Below, one piece after another: positions 17,254 to 25,481 of a stretch of DNA of 64,000 nucleotides (position 1 is its first letter; each line of letters starts with the position of its first letter). The stretch comes from Opitutia bacterium. Its GTDB lineage: Bacteria; Verrucomicrobiota; Verrucomicrobiia; Opitutales; Opitutaceae. Position numbers and translations under genes: made by a program. The DNA lies in contig CANJVR010000003.1 in NCBI GenBank assembly GCA_947478395.1, forward strand, positions 96,001 to 160,000, read 5' to 3'. Under the pieces are notes generated by a model. That model was not told the origin of the DNA, made no database searches, and saw only the letters and a list, made by a program, of their open reading frames with translations.

Positions 17254-19164
17254 TTACCGTTTCCAGCCGAGGCGCGTGGCTTCGGCGAAATGTCGCGCAG
17301 CTTCATCGGTCCGGCCGCTTTGGCGCAGCGCTTCGGCGAGGTTGGCATGGCCCTCGGCGAAATTTGGATCGATCTGGATGGCCTGACGGAAATGGTCCAT
17401 GCCTTCGTCCAGACGTTTGGCCATCATCAAGGCGCGACCAAAGGAGTTTTGAATATACGCGCGGTTGGGGGCCAGTTTCCCGGCCCTTTCAAAATGCGGC
17501 CACGCTTCGTCCAACCGGTTCAAAAGCACCAGCAGGACCGCCCAGCTAAATTCCGGATCGGGACTCTGGGGGTTGAGGCGAACGGCTACGGCAAAATTTT
17601 CGAGCGCTCCAGGCGCGTCGCCCTTCTGCCCCAATACCACGCCAAGGTTGAAATGCGCCTCGGGCAAAGCGGGATTCAACTCTACGGCGAGCTTCAATTG
17701 TTTTTCCGCCGCATCGGCCCGACCGAGATTCTTCCACGCCATGCCGAGCCCATACCGCGCCAGGGCGTGATCCGGCTCGATTTGGAGCGTGCGTTCGAAA
17801 TGAGGGACAGCGGCAGCGGGATTGCTCAATCCCATCAGGGCAAAGGCGAAACTATACTCATACTTAGCCGATTGCGGGACGAGCCGTACGGCCGCATCGA
17901 AATGCGGCAGCGCCTCGTTCGACCGACCGGCCGAAACCAACAGGTTGCCTAGATTATTATGCGCGATTGCTGCGTTCGGATTTTTGGCAAGCGTCGCTTC
18001 GTAAAGCGCGAATTCCGTTCGATAATTTGAGCTCTGGCGCCACGTCAGCGTGCCCAGCAAAATCGCCCCGCCCACGATGATCGTGGACGGAAGCCCCAGC
18101 GGCCAGCGACCGAGAACCCGGGTAAAGCCGGCTCCCGCCAGCGCAAATATGCCCAAGCTCGCGAGGTACTGAAAATGGTCAGCCACATACGAGAAACGAA
18201 ATGGGTAAACGTTCACGAAGCCCAAGGCGGGAAACAACGAGCCCACAAAAAACAGCAGGGCCACGATGAGCCCGCGCTGCCGTCGCCAGTGCCAGGCCGC
18301 CGCAGCCGCCACCACGATCCCAAGCGGGAAAATAAACTGCCACCCCAGCGCGCCATCGATTTTCCAGCGGGGATAAATGAAAATCAAATCGACCGGATAA
18401 AGGAGCTTCCCGAAGTAAAACCAGATGACGCGGCTGGCGAGCAGTGCGCGTTGCAGCGCGTTGAGGGCGAAATCCTCGTCACGGGCCCCGATGAATTCCC
18501 GTTCCACCCACGACGTGAGCATTCCGCCCAGCAGCGCGAGGCAGAACCACGGCAAAAGAGGCGCGACATCGCGCCGAAACTCCAGCCGGCCGCGTTTCCA
18601 CCAAAAGATCAAAAGGAGCGCAGCGGGCAGACTCGCGGTCACCGTCTTCGATCCAAGGGCGAGAAGGAAAAAAGCCGTCGCAATCGCATAGTGGCCCCGC
18701 CGGCGGCTTGCGTCGAAACGAAGATAGGCCAGCGCCGCCAACAGGTACCCCACCAACGACAGCGTATTTTTTTGTTCAGAGATCCAAGCCACCGATTCGA
18801 CGCTGACCGGATGAAGCAAAAACAAGCCCGCGGCGAACCAGGCCCCGGGCACATCTAGCCGTCGGAGCACGCCCGCAAACAAGCACGAGGCGGCGGCGTG
18901 CAACAGCACGTTCACCCCGTGATAGCCCATCGGGGAGTCGCCGAATGCGAGGTGCTCGAGCCAGAACGCCGTATGAACGACCGGATAATATTGTTGGGTC
19001 GCTCCGATCTCGAACCAGATGCGTCTCAAGCCATCGAGGGACTGCAGCGCCGGCCGAACGACATGGGCCGCATCGTCCCAGATAAACCCGGCGGAAAACA
19101 CGGGCCCATAGACCACCAACGCCGCGACGAAAAATCCGGCGACCCACGTCCAGGATTTTTTCAT
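17254..19164 (-). CDS. TMTC-like membrane glycosyltransferase (GT-C fold) with C-terminal TPR repeats
   Basis: GFIWDD, YYP, HPVSVESVAWISEQKN, VADHFQYL and multiple TM segments, followed by TPRs (AHNNLGNLL, AHFNLGVVL, GHANLAEAL). Confidence 0.85.
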   Translation of the reverse strand: MKKSWTWVAGFFVAALVVYGPVFSAGFIWDDAAHVVRPALQSLDGLRRIWFEIGATQQYYPVVHTAFWLEHLAFGDSPMGYHGVNVLLHAAASCLFAGVLRRLDVPGAWFAAGLFLLHPVSVESVAWISEQKNTLSLVGYLLAALAYLRFDASRRRGHYAIATAFFLLALGSKTVTASLPAALLLIFWWKRGRLEFRRDVAPLLPWFCLALLGGMLTSWVEREFIGARDEDFALNALQRALLASRVIWFYFGKLLYPVDLIFIYPRWKIDGALGWQFIFPLGIVVAAAAAWHWRRQRGLIVALLFFVGSLFPALGFVNVYPFRFSYVADHFQYLASLGIFALAGAGFTRVLGRWPLGLPSTIIVGGAILLGTLTWRQSSNYRTEFALYEATLAKNPNAAIAHNNLGNLLVSAGRSNEALPHFDAAVRLVPQSAKYEYSFAFALMGLSNPAAAVPHFERTLQIEPDHALARYGLGMAWKNLGRADAAEKQLKLAVELNPALPEAHFNLGVVLGQKGDAPGALENFAVAVRLNPQSPDPEFSWAVLLVLLNRLDEAWPHFERAGKLAPNRAYIQNSFGRALMMAKRLDEGMDHFRQAIQIDPNFAEGHANLAEALRQSGRTDEAARHFAEATRLGWKR

Positions 19165-19303
19165 CGCAGACCCCAGAGGCTGGGCGGTGAAGCTGAAAAG
19201 CGGGCAGACATCGAATTCTTAACAGACCGCAACGACAGACCAAATCCGCCGCGTCGTAAAGTTCCTCCGCAAAAAAAATGGGAGCGTCTGCTTACAACCG
19301 TGC

Positions 19304-19387
19304 AAGTTTCCCCATGGCCGCTTGGGGTCGCGGCGGGCGTCCCTGCCTGCTATGGCGTTAACGGCTACGGTTTTGGTTAAACCGCTC
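19304..19387. repeat. Internally deleted copy of the MITE-like element at 56778-56915
   Basis: AAGTTTCCCCATGGCCGCTTGGGGTCGCGGCGGGCGTCCCTGCCTGC...GGCTACGGTTTTGGTTAAACCGCTC aligns with both ends of the 56.8-kb element. Confidence 0.65.
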
Positions 19388-19477
19388 GAGAGCATTTGAA
19401 AGGAAGGCCGCAGCCAGAGTGGTCATTGTGGCGGCGGACTTCGCGCACCTTGCCATGACAATGGAAAATGACCGCGA

Positions 19478-21727
19478 TTACGGCGGTGGCGCCCGCCGCG
19501 CAACCGCCAGCGCTTTCGCTTCCGCCAGCTCGCTCATCGACATCCGCGCTTTCAATTTAGCCACGAGCGCCGGCTGATTGGCGCGCACGAACGCCAGCGC
19601 GGCTTCGTCATCGGCCGCTCGGCTGGCCGCAATGGCGAGCGCGGCCAGCCCCAGCGCATCGTTGCGGGGCGTCAACCGGTCCTCGGCGGCGAGGCGGCCC
19701 AACGTATGAAGCGACGCAAAGTGTCCGAGCTCCGCGGCCCGACGATAAAACTCGCACGCCTTCGCGAGATCCGGTGCGACGCCGATGCCGTATTCGTAGC
19801 AGACCGCGACGTTGTGCATCCCTTTCACTTCGCCGCCCTGAGCGAGCGCGGAATAAAGCGCGAAGACCCGCTCGGGCTGCACCGGTACCCCAAGTCCCCG
19901 CGCAATCATGTCGGCCAAGCGGAAGCCGGCCTCGAGATTGCCCAGCTGATACTGTCGCTCGAACTCCGCGTAGGCCGCCGCGTGATTGCCCGCCCGAACC
20001 GCAGCGTCAGCAGGGCCAAGATCGAATTGGGCGATGCGGCCCTGTTCATCGATGAACATCGCCGGCTGGTAATCGCCCGCGAATTCTCTGGTCCAGTAGC
20101 GCCCCGTGCGATCCAGCGTGGCGGGATCGGTGAAAGTGAAACGGTAGCGGCGCATGCGAATCACGGCGGGCGGGCGGTCCGTAAACGGATCGCGTTCGAA
20201 CAGCGCCATCACCCGTGGATTTCGTGCCAGCAGATGCGCCGCGGTGGGCGCGACGACGGAGGGCTTGGATCCCCGCAGGCTCGAGGCGTGGAGCGTGTAA
20301 TCGAAGCGCGGGAAATAGGGCGCGATGAATTCCGGCTGGCGTTCCGGCAGCTGCGGCAGATGCCGGAGCGGGTAGGTCCGCCACGTGCGACCGCCATCGT
20401 TCGAGCCCTCCAGGTCGATTTGAAAATGAGCCGACTCGAAACGGGCATAGAGGCTGTAACCGTTGGCGCTGCGAAAATCCCTGAAGAGACGGACCGCCGC
20501 AGGCGGGTCTTCGAATGGCCCGCTGCAAGTATCGGCAAAGTAATACAGCGTGAGGGCAAAATGCAGCCCGAGCACCGCGCGCAAACCGTGCAAGCTCCAC
20601 CGCGAAATCGCACCGGGCGCGCGAGGCGTCGCGCGGGCAAAAAAATCGCCCAGCGACGCCCAACGCAGCCGGCGGGCGGCCGAGGCAAGCATCTGGTCGT
20701 CGAGCAAGAGGAGCCCCAAGACGAACGCCGCGGTGTTGAGCCAGCCGAAATTAGTGGTGAGCTGAATTCCGGCCTGCAGCATCGCCCAAAGGCCGAACGC
20801 GAGCCACCGTCCGCGCCGTCCACCGATCAGCGCCAGCAGCGGCGCGAGTAGCTCCGCCGCGTAAGTGAACCAAATCTCGAAAACATGATACGCGTGCGGC
20901 AGTTGGTGGATCCAGTAGCCGGCGATGGTCGGCGACGGGCTCGTCTCATACATCACGTCCATCGCGGTCCAGTTGCGCCACAGCGGGCCGTCTGAGAACA
21001 CTTTCACCAGACCCGAAAGCAACATCACGCGGAGGAGCAGCCAGCGCATCATGAAAACCGCGAGCGGTCGCGGCGGGTGCGAGGCGCCCAAGCCGGGCCG
21101 GATTCCGGGCGGGGCAAACGCCATCGAGATCAGCGCCACCTCCAGCAGCAACCCGTCTTGCTGGGACGGCGTAAACTCGATCCACGTGGCGACGAAGGAG
21201 AGGAAGCAAGCCCAACACACCAACAAGGTCAGCCGCGGCCAAAGATTAAAGAACAGGGCCACCGCCGCGGCGAAGCCGAGCCACGCCACGGCCGTGATCG
21301 CTCCCGCGCCCGCATCGAGCCAGAAGAGGCTGGGCGCGCTAACAAACCCGCTGAAAAACCCGGGCGCCACGCTCCGCAGATGTTTGAGATACAGCGCGAC
21401 CGGGGAGATCCCATTCGGACCCGCCAGCGCCTGCCCTTCCACAACGATGCAGAGGAAGGCGAGAACGAAGATGAGACCCAAGCCCCGCAGCACAAACCAG
21501 CGCGGCCAAAGGAGGCTCGCATCGCCCGCCGCGCCGGAAAACTCCTTCACGTTGTGCCAGAGCTGCGCCGGCAGCGAGCGGGAGGGCGCCCCCCCGACCG
21601 CACCTTCCGGCCGTTTTGTCTCGCGGGCGAAATTCACCGCTACGGCCGGCGCGGACTTTGCATCGCGTGCGCCTTCCAGCGGCAGAGCGGAGCGAGCGGG
21701 GGCGGGCTGGCGGGGTTTCTTTGACAC
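19478..21727 (-). CDS. Lipase maturation factor (LMF1) family membrane protein fused to C-terminal Sel1-like repeats
   Basis: LMF motifs: LAGPNGISP, PSLFW, DGLLLE, RVMLLSGLVK, YETSPSPT, TTNFGWLN, NGYSLYA, EGSNDG, APYFPRFD. Sel1 motifs: AGFRLADMIARGLGV, GMHNVAVCYEYGIGVAPDLAKACEFYRRAAELG. GTG start. Confidence 0.85.
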   Translation of the reverse strand: MSKKPRQPAPARSALPLEGARDAKSAPAVAVNFARETKRPEGAVGGAPSRSLPAQLWHNVKEFSGAAGDASLLWPRWFVLRGLGLIFVLAFLCIVVEGQALAGPNGISPVALYLKHLRSVAPGFFSGFVSAPSLFWLDAGAGAITAVAWLGFAAAVALFFNLWPRLTLLVCWACFLSFVATWIEFTPSQQDGLLLEVALISMAFAPPGIRPGLGASHPPRPLAVFMMRWLLLRVMLLSGLVKVFSDGPLWRNWTAMDVMYETSPSPTIAGYWIHQLPHAYHVFEIWFTYAAELLAPLLALIGGRRGRWLAFGLWAMLQAGIQLTTNFGWLNTAAFVLGLLLLDDQMLASAARRLRWASLGDFFARATPRAPGAISRWSLHGLRAVLGLHFALTLYYFADTCSGPFEDPPAAVRLFRDFRSANGYSLYARFESAHFQIDLEGSNDGGRTWRTYPLRHLPQLPERQPEFIAPYFPRFDYTLHASSLRGSKPSVVAPTAAHLLARNPRVMALFERDPFTDRPPAVIRMRRYRFTFTDPATLDRTGRYWTREFAGDYQPAMFIDEQGRIAQFDLGPADAAVRAGNHAAAYAEFERQYQLGNLEAGFRLADMIARGLGVPVQPERVFALYSALAQGGEVKGMHNVAVCYEYGIGVAPDLAKACEFYRRAAELGHFASLHTLGRLAAEDRLTPRNDALGLAALAIAASRAADDEAALAFVRANQPALVAKLKARMSMSELAEAKALAVARRAPPP

Positions 21728-21943
21728 GGAGTCAGGCGTTGGGGCAGGCGCTCCAGAAATGGAAATTCACCGACGGTGTCGAGCGTTAGCCCGTATCCAC
21801 CACACCCAAGCTCTTCGATGCGCACCCGCCGAAGGAGGATGCCAAGGATGAGTTGACATCCTCCTCCTGACACGGGTTCGCGGCGGGCAGAGCAGAGCGT
21901 GATGGAGCGGGTTAGGGCGCGCATTGTGATGATGCTCGCTGGC

Positions 21944-21977
21944 AAAAAAAAGAGCCCGGCGCGGACGCCGGGCTCTT
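21944..21977 (-). terminator. Rho-independent terminator of TonB receptor 1
   Basis: AAGAGCCCGGCG/CGCCGGGCTCTT stem with an A-run on + (T-run on -). Confidence 0.85.
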
Positions 21978-22006
21978 GGGAGTAACATGCGCTCGAGCGC
22001 GAAACC

Positions 22007-25000
22007 TTAGAAGTCGACCGTGGTCGTGAAGACGAACTTCCGCGGCTCCGGATTCTGGAAGCCGGTCAGCACCTGCATGCGGGGATTCGATCCCGCAACG
22101 GCGAGTGCGGTGGTGCTACTCTGGTTCGTCATCTGGCCGGCGTTGATCACGCTGTAGCCGCTCCAATCCGGGGTGTCTCTGTTCAAGATGTTCGTGATGT
22201 TGAGCTGGATGCGCGCCTGATACTTTCCAAAACGGCGCGTGTAGTTGGCGCCCACGTTGTTCGTCAGCTGCGACGGCACATAGAGGTAGTCGTAAGCGGC
22301 CGCGACCGTCTGAGCGGTGGTGATGGTGGCAGCCGTGGTCTGGAACTTGAGTCGCGGGTCGCGGCTACCCACCTTGGCGCTGCCGCGCCAGCTGACACCG
22401 CCGGTGAGGGCGAGGCCACGCAGTGTCCCTTCCCGGAAGGCATAACGGGAGTTGATCGAGCCGCGATGGAGCGGACCGTTGCCGATCGTGCCGGAGGTCA
22501 GGCCATTGAGGCCGTCCTCGATCTGGGAAATCGCGGTTTGGATTGCCGACTGGCTGACAATCTGCCGCTTGGTGCCGGGAACGATGGCGCCGTCGGGCAG
22601 GGCCGCACCCGCCTGCCATTCCTTAAGGTTCTCGGCGAGGTATTGGCGAAGATAGAACCGCTCGTTGACGGTCTGTACGCGCGGATGGCCGTAGTTTGCG
22701 CTCATGGTCCAATTGGCCGTGGGATTCGCCGTGAACGTGGCCTCGGTGCCGGAAAGATCGCGGTCCGAAGTGTCGCGGTACTGGTTGGATGCGAAAGCGG
22801 TCTTGGCGGGGTCGGTGTAGCCGAGATTTATCCAAATATCCTGGATTTGGGTGCCGTTTGCCATGGTGCCCAGGTTGCCGAGATTCTCGGTGAAGTACCG
22901 CCGGAATTCGAAGTAAGCCTTGCCGCCGGGGATCGAGTAACGCACCGCGTAGTCGGTGGTCGTCGCGAAGGGCGCCTTCGGTTCCGCGCCGGTGTAGAAA
23001 AGGCCAGCGCCGGTCGCGCGGTTGTTTTCCGAGTAGTTCCACACGAGCTTGATGGGGCTGAGCCAGCGCTGTACGAGGTTGCCGTCGCGCGCCCAGCTCG
23101 CCGGAAACGGAGTGCCCACTACGCCATAAGCTTTGGAGCCGATATCGTTGTTTACGATGGTCGCGTAGCCGTCCTCATTAAGCCCGGTGGCGGGGTTCAG
23201 CGCGCCCACATACCGCTTGTAGTTATTGTTGGGGTCACTGTTGCTACCATTAATGCTGATGCCGCCTTTATTTCTGTTCCGGAGGTAATCCGCCTTGTAG
23301 TTGCCACTGATTACCAAGCGTTCCCGGAAGAACGAGGTCGTGGAGAAGATGGCCCAACTGTTGGTTTTGCTTGTGTTATCGGCGTGCCATCCCGCGCTGC
23401 CGTAATTGCCCCAGGTCGTGCCGGGCATCATGGCGTTCAAGGCCGCCTGAGTGATGATGGGCTGCATGAGGGGCTTCGGGTCATCGTAGTAGGTGCGCAA
23501 GTTGAGCGCGTTTACACTGTTGAGGGGATCGAGCTGCGCGGGATTGTTGTTCCGGCGCCACGTACGGGACCAAGCCTCATAGGGTCCCGACCGGTAACTA
23601 TAGATGCCAGTGAATGACTGGTGGAGATCGAAGAACCGCGGTGCGGAAAAGCGATACGTCATCTCGGCAACATAGTCACGGTTGGTATTCTGCTGATACT
23701 GGCTCCCACCCCCACCCCACTCGCTGTACGCTTTCATGAACTTGGGATTGGGCGTGCCGTCAGGGAGGAGCTTGTTGATGTCGATGCGGTACTGGGTGGG
23801 GGCGGAGAAGTCGCCCCAGTAGGTGTCATTATCGGTATCGCTGCCCGACCAAGTCAGACGCGCCGTCCAATCGGGGGAAAACGAATGATCGAGCGCCAAC
23901 GTCCTGGCATTGAGGTCGCGGTCGGCGAAATCATCCGCCGGCCCGAGCCAGAATTTCTTGTCGAAGCCTTTGAGCATGTTGGCACCCCCGGCCCACTCGG
24001 TGGGGATGTTGGGGTTGCCCCCCCATGGAATGTTGTAGCCAAGACCATTGGTCTGGTACTGCGTAGCGCTGCGATAATTAATCAGGCTCTTCGTGGCGAA
24101 ATTATACACGAGACGATCGGTGGTCGCGCTGATCACGCTGATGCCGGCGGCCGCAGTGGTGGCGATCACGGAGTTGTTCTGATTCACGGTGGTGCGGTCC
24201 CAGAGGTTCTGCTGGTCGGTGTAGGTGCGCCGATACTGGTTGTTCCACTCCCCGCTTCGCTCGAACTGGAAGCTCAGGTTGGTCTTGGGGGCCACCTTTA
24301 ATTCCGCCCTGAGGGTAATGGCATTCTGCTTAAGCTCGACGCCCTTCTGGACGTTCTTGACGTTTTGGTGGAGCGCATTCACGCGCACGCCAAAACGATC
24401 TTTGCCGACGTTAAAATCGACCTCCCCGCGATACCCACCGAAGCTATCCAAACGCGTCCTCACGCTCCTTGTAACGGAATTGTAGCGCAACCGCTTGCTG
24501 GAGCTGGACACCAATCCGCCGGAATTACCCGACCCGGCCTGGCCGGCATTGGGACCGCTCACAACCTCGAAACGCTCGGAGTTGTAACCGTCCGCCACGA
24601 AGAATTGCGTGACGCCGTCGCGAATCGGATAAGCGCCACCGACGCCCGCCCCGCGGATGTTGAACTCGTTGCGGTTGCCGCCGAAGGGGCCATCGCCACC
24701 GAAGTTGGGCAGATCCACGTTCATCGTCCACTGGGCGGCATCCTGCATATCGGCGATCCCGAAATCATCCATGAATTCCTTGGTCATGACCTGGATGGAA
24801 ACCGGACTGAGGTCCAGCGGCGTATCGATCCGGCCGCCGGAGAGCGTGTTGCCCGCCGCGTAACCGCGGTCCTTCTGCGTGCTCACCTCAAAAGGCGTAA
24901 GCACGATGGCGCCGTCTTTCACGTCGCTGGCCGGGGTGGTGACGGCGGTGGTTGGGGCCGGGGCCGTCTGCGCGTGGATGCTGGACAACAAGGCGCCAAG

Positions 25001-25060
25001 GGCGCCGACGAAAGCTGCGTAACGACGAAACGCCGTTGGCCGCGGGAATAGCGATATCAT
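22007..25060 (-). CDS. TonB-dependent receptor (Opitutae type) 1
   Basis: Signal peptide, IVLTPFEV TonB-box region, GYAAGNTLSGGRI, SIQVMTKEFMDD, ERFEVVSGPN plug motifs, and C-terminal QLNITNILN...PRKFVFTTTVDF (terminal Phe). Confidence 0.9.
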   Translation of the reverse strand: MISLFPRPTAFRRYAAFVGALGALLSSIHAQTAPAPTTAVTTPASDVKDGAIVLTPFEVSTQKDRGYAAGNTLSGGRIDTPLDLSPVSIQVMTKEFMDDFGIADMQDAAQWTMNVDLPNFGGDGPFGGNRNEFNIRGAGVGGAYPIRDGVTQFFVADGYNSERFEVVSGPNAGQAGSGNSGGLVSSSSKRLRYNSVTRSVRTRLDSFGGYRGEVDFNVGKDRFGVRVNALHQNVKNVQKGVELKQNAITLRAELKVAPKTNLSFQFERSGEWNNQYRRTYTDQQNLWDRTTVNQNNSVIATTAAAGISVISATTDRLVYNFATKSLINYRSATQYQTNGLGYNIPWGGNPNIPTEWAGGANMLKGFDKKFWLGPADDFADRDLNARTLALDHSFSPDWTARLTWSGSDTDNDTYWGDFSAPTQYRIDINKLLPDGTPNPKFMKAYSEWGGGGSQYQQNTNRDYVAEMTYRFSAPRFFDLHQSFTGIYSYRSGPYEAWSRTWRRNNNPAQLDPLNSVNALNLRTYYDDPKPLMQPIITQAALNAMMPGTTWGNYGSAGWHADNTSKTNSWAIFSTTSFFRERLVISGNYKADYLRNRNKGGISINGSNSDPNNNYKRYVGALNPATGLNEDGYATIVNNDIGSKAYGVVGTPFPASWARDGNLVQRWLSPIKLVWNYSENNRATGAGLFYTGAEPKAPFATTTDYAVRYSIPGGKAYFEFRRYFTENLGNLGTMANGTQIQDIWINLGYTDPAKTAFASNQYRDTSDRDLSGTEATFTANPTANWTMSANYGHPRVQTVNERFYLRQYLAENLKEWQAGAALPDGAIVPGTKRQIVSQSAIQTAISQIEDGLNGLTSGTIGNGPLHRGSINSRYAFREGTLRGLALTGGVSWRGSAKVGSRDPRLKFQTTAATITTAQTVAAAYDYLYVPSQLTNNVGANYTRRFGKYQARIQLNITNILNRDTPDWSGYSVINAGQMTNQSSTTALAVAGSNPRMQVLTGFQNPEPRKFVFTTTVDF

Positions 25061-25251
25061 GATGGGGTACTAGCGGGAAAAGATTCCGACGCCCCGCCGA
25101 CGCGGCACAAAATGCCAGTCGAGGATTTGTCGGAATCGGTTGGGGTTGGGTAGGGGGAAAAGGAATACCCAGCCGCGCTTAATCGCGCAGCCGGGCATTT
25201 CTTTACGACCCCTCTACGAGATAAATGAACGAGCGCATAGTAAAGTTAATT

Positions 25252-25267
25252 CCCCCCCCCCCCCCCC
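25252..25267. repeat. Homopolymer C16 (G16 on the coding strand)
   Basis: 16 consecutive C residues about 190 nt upstream of the TonB receptor 1 start. Confidence 0.9.
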
Positions 25268-25418
25268 GAAGATTTATAGGCTCATACCGTAAACTCGTTC
25301 TTGAGGGCGGACCGGCGCGCCTTGTGGCCTATCGAAAACCCGTTCCATAACGCCTAACAATGAGACCCGATCTGGCTGTGCTAATCTGGTACCCACCGGC
25401 GGGGACCGATGTTCGCCC

Positions 25419-25452
25419 AAAAAAAGAGCCCGGCGCAAAGCGCCGGGCTCTT
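25419..25452 (-). terminator. Rho-independent terminator of TonB receptor 2
   Basis: AAGAGCCCGGCGC-AAA-GCGCCGGGCTCTT with an A-run; nearly identical to the receptor 1 terminator. Confidence 0.85.
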
Positions 25453-25481
25453 GAGAGTGACACGCGCTCGAGCGCGGGTCT

